Assembly: GCA_028873925.1 (NCBI GenBank) | Contig: JAPPNA010000162.1 | Location: forward strand, 2,345 to 66,344 | DNA length: 64,000 nucleotides | DNA from: Bacteroidota bacterium | GTDB lineage: Bacteria; Bacteroidota; Rhodothermia; Rhodothermales; Bin80 | Direction of reading: 5' to 3' | Shown: piece after piece, positions 47,904 through 58,700 of the stretch | Position numbering within the stretch: position 1 is the first letter of the stretch | How the letters are laid out: each line of letters begins with the position of its first letter | Made by a program: the position numbers and the translations under genes | Notes under the pieces: model-generated | The model's input: only the letters and a program-made list of their open reading frames with translations | What the model was told of the DNA's origin: nothing | Database searches by the model: none

Positions 47904-48440
47904 ATGCTGCAGCAGAAGCTGACACCTACCCTGGAACGCAGATTTGTGCGGACACTGGATTTTCTGCAGGAATCCATGCCCGCACCCGCCCGCATTCTTG
48001 ACCTGGGTGGTCCCAACCTGTTGGCCGAGCGCATGCGTGCTGTAGGCTATGAAGTCAGCAATACGGAGGGAGATCTGGATGACCCTCCGTCCGGAGTGCG
48101 TCAGTCCGGCCTGGATGCCGTAACGGCGTTTGAAATACTTGAGCACCTGGTGGCTCCGTTAAATGTGCTTCGCGCCATTGAAGCCCCCAGGCTCTTTGCC
48201 ACGGTGCCGCTTCGACTGTGGTTTGCAACGGCCTACCGCAACCCGAACGATCCGCTCGACCAGCATTTTCATGAATTTGAGGACTGGCAGTTTGATTGGC
48301 TGCTGGAACGTGCCGGCTGGACCATAGTCAGGCGAGCAAAATGGACGAGCACGTTTTTCGGGATAGGCCTACGTCCGCTGCTTCGCACCGTTACGCCGCG
48401 ACTGTATGCTGTAGAGGCTGTGCGCTGGAGGGATGACTGA
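47904..48440 (+). CDS. Class I SAM-dependent methyltransferase-like protein
   Basis: ILDLGG, VTAFEILEHL, HFHEF. Confidence 0.8.
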   Translation: MLQQKLTPTLERRFVRTLDFLQESMPAPARILDLGGPNLLAERMRAVGYEVSNTEGDLDDPPSGVRQSGLDAVTAFEILEHLVAPLNVLRAIEAPRLFATVPLRLWFATAYRNPNDPLDQHFHEFEDWQFDWLLERAGWTIVRRAKWTSTFFGIGLRPLLRTVTPRLYAVEAVRWRDD

Positions 48441-48696
48441 GCGGAGTGTTGCGGCCGTTGAAGTTCAGCTATTCAGCGTTCTCAAAGAGCGCATGAAGTC
48501 GCGGTCGGTGCGCGTGATGGTGTCGGGGCCGCTGACAGCCGGGGGGCTCTTGGATGCCCTGTGTGCGGAGTATCCCCAACTGGGGCCGTACCGCGGCCTC
48601 ATGGTGCTGGCGGTGAATCAGGCATATGCCCGTTCGGAAGACCCGGTGCGGCCCGGCGATGAAGTGGCGGTCATTACTCCGGTAAGTGGTGGATAA
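48433..48696 (+). CDS. moaD: Molybdopterin synthase sulfur carrier
   Basis: AVNQAY, GDEVAVITPVSGG with C-terminal GG; adjacent to moaE. Confidence 0.92.
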   Translation: MTERSVAAVEVQLFSVLKERMKSRSVRVMVSGPLTAGGLLDALCAEYPQLGPYRGLMVLAVNQAYARSEDPVRPGDEVAVITPVSGG

Positions 48697-49141
48697 GCAA
48701 GCGGACAATTGGCGGGTACTGCTGACCCAGGCACCCCTGGATGTGCAGGCGGCCTATGACTTTCTGCTGTCTCCCTCGGCCGGAGCAGCAGTTGTTTTTG
48801 CCGGCACGACGCGCGAGTGGACCCGGGGCCGCCAAACCGTTCATCTGGAGTATGAGAGTTACGAGCCGATGGCACTGAAGGCCATGCGCGATCTCCTGGC
48901 GCACGCCGCGTCAGAATGGCCCGTCCTTAAGGCCTGTCTCATACATCGGCTGGGCGTGGTCCCCGTCAGCCAAGCCAGCGTTCTGGTGGGCGTTTCCTGC
49001 GCACACCGGCAGGACGCATACGAGGCATCCCGCTTTCTCATAGACTCCCTGAAGGTCCGAATCCCGATCTGGAAACGCGAACACTGGGCCGATGGAGGCC
49101 AGGAGTGGATCACCGGCGATCATACACCGAACACCCCGTAA
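48686..49141 (+). CDS. moaE: Molybdopterin synthase catalytic subunit
   Basis: GAAVVFAGTTR, LEYESYEPMA, HRLG, SCAHR, IPIWKRE. Confidence 0.94.
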   Translation: MVDKQADNWRVLLTQAPLDVQAAYDFLLSPSAGAAVVFAGTTREWTRGRQTVHLEYESYEPMALKAMRDLLAHAASEWPVLKACLIHRLGVVPVSQASVLVGVSCAHRQDAYEASRFLIDSLKVRIPIWKREHWADGGQEWITGDHTPNTP

Positions 49142-49142
49142 C

Positions 49143-50105
49143 CTACGCGCCGTAGGACGCAAGGGCCCCCTGGATGCGATCCTTTGGGTTCGGATGGGTA
49201 TCCGGGTTGAATGACCGGCCGGAAACCTTTTCGAACAGCTCAATGTACCGGGCTGACACCTCCATCCGGACCTCATCGCTCAGATCGGGCAGGGTCTGAC
49301 CTTCCTTCCCCGCAAAACCGTGATCCATCAACCATTCCCGGACGAACTCCTTGGAGAGCTGGCGCTGGGATTTACCCTGACTCAGCAGCTCTTCATAAGG
49401 CTCCTTGTAGAAATAGCGGGAGGAATCCGGGGTATGGACTTCATCAATAAGCAGGTACCGGCCATCTGCCGTGCGTCCGAATTCATACTTAGTGTCCACC
49501 AGTATGAGGCCTTGTGCGGCTGCCATTGCCGTACCGCGCTCAAACAGCAATAGTGAGATGGCCTCAAGGGTATCAAATGTACCCGCGTCCATAAGGCCCT
49601 GCGCAATAACTTCGTCACGGGTGATGTCTTCATCGTGGCCTTCATGCGCCTTGGTCGTCGGTGTCATGATGGGCTTGGGCAGACGCTCATTCTGCCGCAG
49701 ACCCTCGGGAAGTGTCTTGCCACAGAGCACACGCGCCCCGGTCCGGTATGTGCGCCAGGCGTGTCCGACCAAGTAGCCGCGCACGATAAATTCCAGCGGT
49801 GAAGGGTCCAGTTTCCGGGCCACCGTTACATTCGCATCCGGGACCGCGACGATATGATTCGGCACGATGTCCTGTGTCGCCTCAAAAAAGTAGGCTGCCA
49901 ACTGGTTCAGCACCTGTCCCTTAAAGGGGATGGTTTGGCGCAGCACAAAGTCAAAAGCGGATATCCTGTCCGTCGTAATCAGGATGAGCTGGTCTTCCTG
50001 GGTGTACGTGTCCCGTACCTTGCCCTGATAGCGGGTGCCCAGTTGCGGAAAGTCCGTCACCCGAAGGGACCGGCTGAGTTGGGTGCGGATTTGTTCAGTG
50101 TGCAT
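49143..50105 (-). CDS. purC: SAICAR synthase
   Basis: GKVRDTY, TDRISAFD, IPFKGQVL, TPTTKA, LVDTKYEFG, DEVHTPDSSRY. Confidence 0.96.
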   Translation of the reverse strand: MHTEQIRTQLSRSLRVTDFPQLGTRYQGKVRDTYTQEDQLILITTDRISAFDFVLRQTIPFKGQVLNQLAAYFFEATQDIVPNHIVAVPDANVTVARKLDPSPLEFIVRGYLVGHAWRTYRTGARVLCGKTLPEGLRQNERLPKPIMTPTTKAHEGHDEDITRDEVIAQGLMDAGTFDTLEAISLLLFERGTAMAAAQGLILVDTKYEFGRTADGRYLLIDEVHTPDSSRYFYKEPYEELLSQGKSQRQLSKEFVREWLMDHGFAGKEGQTLPDLSDEVRMEVSARYIELFEKVSGRSFNPDTHPNPKDRIQGALASYGA

Positions 50106-50120
50106 ATTGAATGAATAGAC

Positions 50121-51146
50121 TCATCTCTGGTGGTTACTGGAGTAGCGGATACGCAGGGTCGGGGTGACTCTCTGGTCCACCCGCTCCTTTGTGCCCGGAT
50201 TGTCAAGGCGGTACATCAGCCGCTCTGCTGCGGCCTGTCCGGTGCCTTCAATTCGTTGATCCACGCTGCTGAGCCCAATATAGTAGCTGGTTTTGATGTC
50301 ATCGTACCCGACCAGTGCAATGTCTTGCGGCACAGACAGTCCGGCATCCCGAATCGACTTCCAGGCACCAATGGCCTGGACATCGCTGCTGGCCAGTACC
50401 CCGGTTGGGCGGGGCTCGGACTCAAGCAGTCGCTGCATGGCTTCAAAGCCATGCTCCTCACTGAAGCCGGCATGTTTGGCGGTCGTACCGCTCTGGAGTA
50501 GTTGCGGGTCAAAGTCTATCTCATGAGCCGTTAACGCGTCCTGATAGCCCCGGATACGCTGCAGCTGGAGATAGCCATCCGTGTACGCACGGATCATGCC
50601 GATCCGCACATGCCCCGCCATTATCAAATGCGTGGCCGCTATGCGGGCCCCTTCGGTGTCATCCCAGAAAAATGAATCGAACTGCGTATGGTGATTGCCG
50701 ATAAGGATGACCGGTGCGCGTAACGCCTTAAGCTCCCGTGCCAGTGGAGGATCCACCGGAATGCCCGCCAGAATCAGGCCATCCACGGTACCGCCTTTGA
50801 GCTTGCTGCGGAGCCGCTGCAGCGGATCGCTGCTGCCGAGATCGAATAGGAGCAGATCATGTTCCCTGCCGGCCAGCACGGTACGCAGGCCCTTCAGGAG
50901 CTCGTTGTGAAACGGCGTGGTGAAGGTGGGAATGGCAATGGCGATGACTGTGGACCGGGGCTGGGCGAGCGATTTGGCCACACGATTAGGCCGGTACTTG
51001 AGCGCATCTATGGTTTCCAGCACATGCGCCCGAGTGGCCGCCGCCACATCCGGCGACTCGTTGAGCACCCGGGACACGGTGGATATAGCGACACCGGCCT
51101 GTTGGGCGACATCATAGATCGTCACGCGGGAAGCCTTACGGGCCAT
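50121..51146 (-). CDS. LacI family transcriptional regulator
   Basis: TIYDVAQQAGVAISTVSRVLN, YRPN, VPQDIALVGYDD. Confidence 0.95.
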   Translation of the reverse strand: MARKASRVTIYDVAQQAGVAISTVSRVLNESPDVAAATRAHVLETIDALKYRPNRVAKSLAQPRSTVIAIAIPTFTTPFHNELLKGLRTVLAGREHDLLLFDLGSSDPLQRLRSKLKGGTVDGLILAGIPVDPPLARELKALRAPVILIGNHHTQFDSFFWDDTEGARIAATHLIMAGHVRIGMIRAYTDGYLQLQRIRGYQDALTAHEIDFDPQLLQSGTTAKHAGFSEEHGFEAMQRLLESEPRPTGVLASSDVQAIGAWKSIRDAGLSVPQDIALVGYDDIKTSYYIGLSSVDQRIEGTGQAAAERLMYRLDNPGTKERVDQRVTPTLRIRYSSNHQR

Positions 51147-51220
51147 CTGGCAATTCGACCGGAAAATTTCAACGGCACCCTTGTACTATATTTGGGCGAT
51201 ACCTGTTCAGGAGCGCAGCG
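51147..51220. promoter_or_regulatory. Divergent promoter region between lacI and malK-like genes
   Basis: 74-bp gap between divergent starts. TATATTTG at 51187-51194 fits the Bacteroidota -7 consensus TAnnTTTG; AGGAG lies before ATG 51221. Confidence 0.35.
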
Positions 51221-52336
51221 ATGGCCAGTGTAACGCTGAAGAATGTGAGCAAGACGTACGAAAACGGACAGGAGGCCGTGCGAGAGGCCAGCTTCACGGT
51301 AAACGACGGGGAATTCATGGTACTGGTGGGCCCCTCCGGCTGCGGCAAGAGCACAACATTGCGCATGCTCGCCGGTCTGGAATCGGTCACCGCGGGCACG
51401 ATTGCGATTGATGGCGATGTGGTCAATGATATGCCGCCCAAGGATCGGGATGTGGCCATGGTATTCCAGAACTATGCGCTCTACCCTCATATGTCCGTCT
51501 TTGACAACATGGCCTTTGGCCTGAAGCTCAGGAAGTACTCTAAGAGGCAGATTCAGGAACGTGTCCATCAAGCCGCGGAAACCCTTGGCTTAACCGAAAT
51601 TCTCAAGCGGAAGCCGAAGCAGCTTTCCGGCGGTCAGCAGCAGCGAGTAGCGGTCGGACGCGCGATTGTGCGCAAGCCTAAGGTGTTCCTGTTTGATGAG
51701 CCGTTATCAAATCTGGATGCTAAGCTCCGCGTCCAGATGCGCGCTGAAATCGCCCGGCTGCACCGGGACCTGGCGGCGACCATGGTGTATGTAACACATG
51801 ACCAGACGGAGGCCATGACCTTGGGGGACCGGATTGTGGTGATGAAGGATGGGGTAGTGCAGCAGATTGATGCGCCGCTTGCGTTGTACCGCAGGCCTGC
51901 CAACCTGTTTGTTGGAGGATTTATCGGCAATCCCGCCATGAATTTCATTGAGGGCACCCTAACCGGCGCTGATCAGATCTTTGAATCTTCGTCCGGCAGC
52001 GTCAGAATCCGCATAGAGGGCAGGGGGGATGATCAGGTCCGGCCCGTAACTGCGGGTATCCGGCCGGAAAGTCTGAAGCTCATCGGAAACGCGTCAGACG
52101 CTGATATCCGTGCGGAACGACTGCTGGTGGAGCACTTGGGGGCTGAAACACTGATTCATGCGCGCACCGGAACGGACCCATTCATTGCGCGCGTCAAGGC
52201 GGAAGAGGCCACCGACCTCGGCACCACGCTACACTTCAGGCTCGGCCCTGAGGATGTGCACCTTTTTGACACAGATACCGGACAGGCGTGGCCTTCGGCT
52301 GACCCGGATGTAACGGGTGGGGTTAAGGGAGCGTGA
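51221..52336 (+). CDS. MalK/UgpC-type sugar ABC ATP-binding protein
   Basis: GPSGCGKST, VFQNYALYPHM, LSGGQQQRVA, FDEPLSNLDAKLR, YVTHDQ. Confidence 0.95.
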   Translation: MASVTLKNVSKTYENGQEAVREASFTVNDGEFMVLVGPSGCGKSTTLRMLAGLESVTAGTIAIDGDVVNDMPPKDRDVAMVFQNYALYPHMSVFDNMAFGLKLRKYSKRQIQERVHQAAETLGLTEILKRKPKQLSGGQQQRVAVGRAIVRKPKVFLFDEPLSNLDAKLRVQMRAEIARLHRDLAATMVYVTHDQTEAMTLGDRIVVMKDGVVQQIDAPLALYRRPANLFVGGFIGNPAMNFIEGTLTGADQIFESSSGSVRIRIEGRGDDQVRPVTAGIRPESLKLIGNASDADIRAERLLVEHLGAETLIHARTGTDPFIARVKAEEATDLGTTLHFRLGPEDVHLFDTDTGQAWPSADPDVTGGVKGA

Positions 52337-52680
52337 GGCAGGAGTCAACCCGGGTGGAACTTTTGGCTGGCTGTCGATCTTGCGCAAGGCCAATTGCGCC
52401 CCAAGAGGGTTAAACGGCTTATTGGGCATCCTCCTTAAGCGTAAACAACCGCGGACAATTGCCGGATGGCAGGTTGCGCCAAAGTCATGGTTGCGACCCG
52501 ATGCGGCCATTTGTGATCTAAAACATGGTGCCTTGAGGCTAAGGCTGCCGTAGATTCCCCGGCACTCCTGCATGTTTCAGGGAAGGTCGGAAGGGGAACG
52601 AAGGATGGCAATTTGCCGTAGGAGCTTTGCGCGCAGGAATGGCATTTGGGGTGGCTGTAACCGATTGAACTGACAGCAGT

Positions 52681-53829
52681 ATGACCGAGATAGATCTCCG
52701 GTCGGATTCTCCACGCTCCAAGGATCACCTCAAAATTATTTTTGATGTGGACGACCGGGGGAAGGCGCGGTATTTTCATGGCCGCCAAACTGTGATTGAG
52801 TCATTTGACAGACTGCGTCGCAGCGCAAGTGAGCGAGGAAATGGGACAATCTTTGTCGTCCAGGGCGCGCCCGGTGCAGGCAAAACGGCGTTACTGCATG
52901 TTCTCAAGGCGCGGGCTCGGAAGGACAGGTGGCGTGTAGGGACGATTAATCCAAGTGCGCTGGGTGATCCGGTGGAGATGGCCGACAGCCTTGGGGTTAG
53001 GCTCAAGAGACACATCCGCAGCCATATTGAAGGAGGATTCCAGGGTGTGAAGGCTGGACTGACAAGTACCCGACCCGCGAAGGAATCCGTACGTCATGTT
53101 CTTAAGTCGGCATCACGATTTAAGCGTGGAGTGCTCCTGGTGCTTGATGAGGCACAGACCATCGCTTGGGAAGCGGAGCAGCGCACGGTCCTTTACACGC
53201 TGAATTCCATCCTCAATGGTGAATGGAATCGACCGGCGATCTTGTTGGCTGGTGGGCTCAGTACCACCCGCCAGGCTTTTCAAACGTTGGGGATTTCCCG
53301 GCTGCGGGGAGACTGCCTCGTCAATCTGGCCCGGCTGAATGCAGACGCTGAAAGGGCTGTAATCCGAGATTGGCTGGTCAAGGCAGGCCGGGCCAAGGGG
53401 GAAGTTGCGGAATGGATTGACGCTATTGCCAGCGAAACCGATGGCTGGCCGCAACACATTGTCAGTTTTGCCGAGCCCGCCAGTCAGTTACTGAGGGCTA
53501 CCAATGGGGTTCTAACAGCGCAAGGGCTTAGCGCCGTGATATCAGAAGGTGTGCGGCGCAAGAACCAATACTATTATGGCCGCATGGACGGGGTGTCACG
53601 CAAGAACCGCACTGCTCTGGCTGGCTTTCTCCGTGGAAGGCCGCCCGATGCGGCCTTCACCCGGGATGAGGTATGGTCAGTCCTGGAAAGTGCGAATCCG
53701 CCAGAAGAGGTCGTGATGATGTTTGAGGCATTCTTAAGGAAAGGCATACTTGCGTGGACTCGCGACGCTGACTTAGCAGTGCCTATCCCTTCAATGCGAA
53801 GGTGGTTGGTCAGCACCTACGGCCCGTAG
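52681..53829 (+). CDS. Standalone AAA/STAND-like ATPase
   Basis: FHGR, GAPGAGKT, LVLDEAQ, DGWPQH (GxP-like), C-terminal wHTH-like IPSMRRWL. Confidence 0.85.
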   Translation: MTEIDLRSDSPRSKDHLKIIFDVDDRGKARYFHGRQTVIESFDRLRRSASERGNGTIFVVQGAPGAGKTALLHVLKARARKDRWRVGTINPSALGDPVEMADSLGVRLKRHIRSHIEGGFQGVKAGLTSTRPAKESVRHVLKSASRFKRGVLLVLDEAQTIAWEAEQRTVLYTLNSILNGEWNRPAILLAGGLSTTRQAFQTLGISRLRGDCLVNLARLNADAERAVIRDWLVKAGRAKGEVAEWIDAIASETDGWPQHIVSFAEPASQLLRATNGVLTAQGLSAVISEGVRRKNQYYYGRMDGVSRKNRTALAGFLRGRPPDAAFTRDEVWSVLESANPPEEVVMMFEAFLRKGILAWTRDADLAVPIPSMRRWLVSTYGP

Positions 53830-54105
53830 CTGCCGGTGCGTAGCCCACTGCGGACGCATTTGGCTCCTTATCCGCGATGATTCGCACCCTTCGGAGTCCT
53901 TCTCGGAGTTCTGCGCCGCCGGTGCCGGGGCCTGGCGAAACTGGCTGCGCAGAGCCCGTCAATGTCGTCATCAGGTCAGCTCTGACTGGCGGGCAGCGAC
54001 AACTGAACGGGGGCTTGAGGCCGCTAAGTCCAAAACGCCCGCGCAGACCAGGAACCCGCCGTTGGACTGCTGCATGTACCCCACCTTTTAAGCAGTTGAG
54101 GAACC

Positions 54106-54309
54106 ATGAAATCACCGGATCTAGGCAAGAGGGACTCAGAGGCTGGCAGGAGGGACATCGCACTCCTGAAAAAGCTGGCTGAAGGTGGCCGCAAGATGAC
54201 ACCGGCGGACTACCGGGCGCAACGCAGATCGTATGCGCTCACGGCTGCGACGACATCTGAAGAAAGGGGAATGTTGGCGAAACATTATGATAGCATCCAT
54301 GGCGATTAG
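54106..54309 (+). CDS. Small hypothetical protein upstream of Fic
   Basis: 67 aa, RBS GAGG, KMTPADYRAQRRSYA; stops 3 bp before the Fic start. Confidence 0.6.
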   Translation: MKSPDLGKRDSEAGRRDIALLKKLAEGGRKMTPADYRAQRRSYALTAATTSEERGMLAKHYDSIHGD

Positions 54310-54312
54310 TCC

Positions 54313-54901
54313 ATGATCGTTCATGAGCTTGCAGGCGGTGCACGAAAGTCATGCGGCCTATAGAAAATTAGATGCAGAGAATCGGTTAAGGCAGCTCGAT
54401 CGATTGACATCTCTCGTCAATGCAGCCATCCAGATCTCGTTTCTGTCGCAAACTGAAATCAAGGCTCTGAATTTCCACGCCATCGGATGACGGCATGCGC
54501 ATGCGGGCCAGTATCGGCCTGTTGATGTACGTGTCGGCGAACACATGCCGCCTCAGCATTTCCGGGTCGCGTCGCTCATGTATGACATGGTTAACCGCGT
54601 CAATCGCCGTTGGACCGAATTCAGCCCGATGAGTATGGCTGCATACGTGTTGTGGCGGACCATTTGGATCCATCCGTTTGTCAACGGCAACGGCAGGACT
54701 GCCAGAACCGCGTGTTACTTTGTCATCTGCTTGCACGCAGGATTCTGAGTAAGCGGCGATCCTGTTCTACCGGTGCGTTTGAAGGGACACCCCGAGTACA
54801 TTCCCGCTCTCAAAACAGCTGACCGAACCGGGGATCTGCTGCCGTTGGAAATGCTTATTGGTCGTCTATTGATCGAGCAGGCAGGCATCCCATCAGAGTA
54901 G
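54313..54901 (+). pseudogene. Fic-domain protein pseudogene
   Basis: HPFVNGNGRTAR motif and AGQYRP. Frameshift near 54340; in-frame TGA at 54488 and 54746; terminal TAG at 54899-54901. Confidence 0.85.
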
Positions 54902-55755
54902 AATTACCCAAGGCTATCTGCACCGAACCTGTCGGTGCCTGGGCGGGTTCTTGCGCCACCATCCCGCAATTCTTGCGTTTTTCCGGTCGTGGGAAAGGCA
55001 GAACTGGCTACGGGCTCCGGACAGCAAGAATCGCATAGACCCTCGTGCAGAATTCGGAGTCCGGTTCTATCGGCGAATCACTGACGGATGGTGGGGACGA
55101 TATTCGCCAGGTGGGTGCCAGAAGGCAGTTTGGAGCAAGTCAGGACAGGATGGCTGGCCCGGCTGCTACCCGATTGCAGTCTGCAGGAGTGATGGCCACA
55201 TACGAGAGGGCCTGGATCGGCGGATCGGAATAGTCGTCATGACCGTAGTACCTTGGTGGCGCGCCTCGCTGGCTGTTCAGTCGGTGTCGATCACCCAGCA
55301 GCTCGGGCAACCGGGACTACAACGCCCAAAGTGTGGTACATATTGGAGGCTGCGTTTCCGTGGCGGTAATCCAATCGGCAGGGTTGTCAAAATTGAGCAG
55401 AAATTGTGTGGAACCCTCCGACCAAAACGCGGATGTCGCATAAGCGCAGCATCAACGAATTCGCCCTTCTGGACGCGTCATGTACTTGATGATCACCGGC
55501 TGTGCACAGGAAGGAACCTTACCCATATGACCCGCATCGGATTCAACGCTGCCTGAGCGGCCCTTGCGGTCCAGTGGATACCCGGCGTGGATCTGGGCTC
55601 AGAACCCGCACAATTCTTACGATTTATTGTAGATTATGCCCGGTTGAATGGCCCCGAACATGATCTTGCTGGAGCATATTAAGGCCGAAAGCTACCGTGT
55701 CTGCTTGACTGCCGCCGGGCACTACGAGCGTGGCATCACCGGCTCCATCGGGTAA

Positions 55756-58700
55756 ATGGACGTATTCGCCTTCCGTAAGAAACTGGTTGAAGAGTACGGG
55801 CGCTTCACGCGATCGTTCTGCGAGATCCGTGCCGAGGACATTAAGAAATTTGTGGACGAAAAATATGCGGCGGAGAATTTTTGGCCCTCGCCCATCATTC
55901 AGCTCAACCCCAACTTCAAGTCAGGGGGCAGGGTGGACGCGCTGGTGGGAGAGGGCCTGCTTGAGCCTCCATGTGCGGAGATCTTCGCGGAGGCCGGCGA
56001 GCCTTATACACTTTACCAGCATCAGGTTGCGGCCATCAAGGTAGCGCAGAGTGGGGGCAGTTATGTGCTTACCACCGGCACCGGCTCAGGCAAGTCGTTG
56101 GCGTACTTTATCCCAATCGTAAATGATGTGCTTCGCAGGAAACGGGAGCAATCAGGTGGCCCACAAACCACGGCCATTGTTGTTTATCCGATGAATGCCC
56201 TCTGCAACAGCCAATTGGAAGAGCTGGAGCGATTCTTCGGCAAGTGTGATAAGGACCACACGCCACCTGTGACCTTTGCGCGGTACACAGGACAGGACCC
56301 GGATGACCACAAAGACTGGGTAGCGGCAAACCCTCCAGACATTCTGCTAACCAACTATGTCATGCTGGAACTCATCATGACCAGGTTCCTGCCGAATGAC
56401 AAGCGTATTCGGCACCACGCCCAGGGCCTGCGCTTTCTGGTGTTGGATGAGCTGCATATCTATCGAGGACGACAGGGAGCGGATGTGGCCATGCTGGTCC
56501 GGCGCGTGCGGGAGCGCTTCAATATGGACCTACAATGCGTGGGGACATCCGCCACGATGTCATCCGGTGAAGAGAGGCCTGCGGAACGCAATAGGGTTGT
56601 TGCAAACGTAGCATCGCGGCTGTTCGGCTCCACCGTTAAGCCGGAGCATGTGATAACCGAAACCCTTACTTCGGTCACGGAAAGGTCCAGCGTTCCGACG
56701 GGAGCAGCACTGAAGGCATTGATTGAGAGGAGCATACCCGCGGTAGTGTCCTACAACAGGTTGAAGCGAGACCCGTTTACGGCTTGGGTGGAGTGGACGC
56801 TAGGGTTAGAAATCGTTGATGGTAAACTGATTCGCGTATCACGCCCGCTCTCGGTTAACGCGGCTGCGGTAAAGCTCTCGGAATCTACTGGACTTAGAGT
56901 TGATACCTGCATGCAGTACCTGCGCGAATATCTGCTGAGAGCATCCCGTTCGCAGAATGAGCGTGGTCGCAACCTGTTTGCTTTTCGGCTGCACCAGTTC
57001 ATCAGCGGAGCATGGAGCGTGTTCACTTCGCTGGAGCCACCAGGGGATCGCCACCTTACCCTTTCTGGACAGCGATTTGTGCCTGATGATGGCGAGCGGA
57101 AGCGCAGATTGTTTCCACTATGCTTCTGCAGGGAGTGCGGACAGGAGTATATCCCGGTGTGGGCCACCAAAGAAGGCCAGCGGATCGAGTCCCTTGATCC
57201 TCGGGACCTTACTGAGCGTTCCAACGATGATGAGACCATTCAGTCAGGCTTTCTGCTATTGGACCCCGAACGAGTGTTCCGGGCGGATGTAGTCGAGGGA
57301 AACTACCCGGAGGACTGGGTTGAGATATTCCATGGCGCTTGGCGACTCAAGAATTACTACCGCAAATACCGCCCCATCGCCATTCATGTAGATACCCTTG
57401 GTGGGGCAGATGAATCAGGGACTCCCGGCTGGTATATCCCCGGTCCGTTCCGATTCTGCCTTAACGGTGAGTGTGGTGCCGTGTATTCCGGGCATGTGCG
57501 AAGTGATCTTTCTAAGCTTTCAAGCCTTTCGGGCGAAGGCCGCAGCTCAGCCACGACGATACTAACGCTATCTGTTCTTAAGCGGCTGATCGAGGGGGAT
57601 CTGGATGATGAGGCGAAGAAGCTCTTGGCCTTTACCGATAACCGTCAGGATGCCAGCCTGCAGGCCGGGCATTTCAACGACTTCATCCAGGTGCTACTGC
57701 TGCGGAGCGCCCTCATAGCGGCCGTAAAACAATCCCCAAGCCAATCACTCTCGGACGAAACCATTGCTCTGGGTGTCCTTAATCAGCTCCGACTGACCAA
57801 CGATCAGTTCGCTGCTAATACTCAGCTTCGGGGCCCGGCGCGAGAACGAACGCGCCAGACTCTGTTGAATGTGCTTGGGTACCGGATTTACAGAGATCTG
57901 GAACGCGGGTGGCGCATCAACAACCCCAATCTTGAGCAGCTGGGCCTACTTGGCATCCGATACCTGGGGCTGAAAGCCTGTTGCAGCGATGAAGAGGTGT
58001 GGGGCGAAGGGCCAGAGCTCCTGACGAGTGCAACTGCTGCAAACCGTGAGAATATTGCGCATGACCTATTGGAGCGGATGCGACGGGCCCTGTGCATCAA
58101 GACAATCTACCTTGACCGTAATCGCATTGAGAGACTGCGCAACCAGAGTTATAACGACTTAAAGGAGCCTTGGGGGCTTTCAGAGGGCGAGAATGTTTGG
58201 GGGGCCAGAACTATGGTGCCGGAATCAAGACGGGGCAGGGGGCCGAGCGACCATATGTATCTGTCCAGTCGGTCCGAGTTCGGACGCAAGCTTAATGCGG
58301 ATGATCGCTGGGGGGAAGATAATCCGTACTTCACCGGCAACCTCAGCAAGGACGAGTACAGCCAGGTGATCAACGCCTTGCTAACCGCGTTGGGACGGTA
58401 CGGCCTGATTGAAGTGGTACCGCTGGCCAACAGACAGTCAGGGTATCAGATCAACAGCAGCGTGATGGAGTGGCACCTACCATCGAACGAGGATGCCCAA
58501 CGGTCCAACCTGTTCTTCCGCAGACTTTATCGGGACACAGCGAATCTCTTGTCTGACAACAACAATTTCCTCCATCGGATTGCCGCCAGAGAGCATACGG
58601 CTCAGGTTGAGTCCGAGGATAGAGAAGAACGTGAGAAACGATTCCGGCAGGGCCTCAAGAAGGACGGACTGCCGGTGCTTTATTGCTCACCAACCATGGA

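Noticed and set aside
54488-54748. Two in-frame TGA codons in fic suggesting recoding (Trp/Sec)
   Set aside because: Many intact genes here end in TGA and the gene also has a frameshift, so pseudogenisation is the simpler explanation.
54951-55556. 201-aa ORF upstream of the helicase
   Set aside because: TTG start, Arg/Trp/Cys-rich non-protein-like composition and no motifs.
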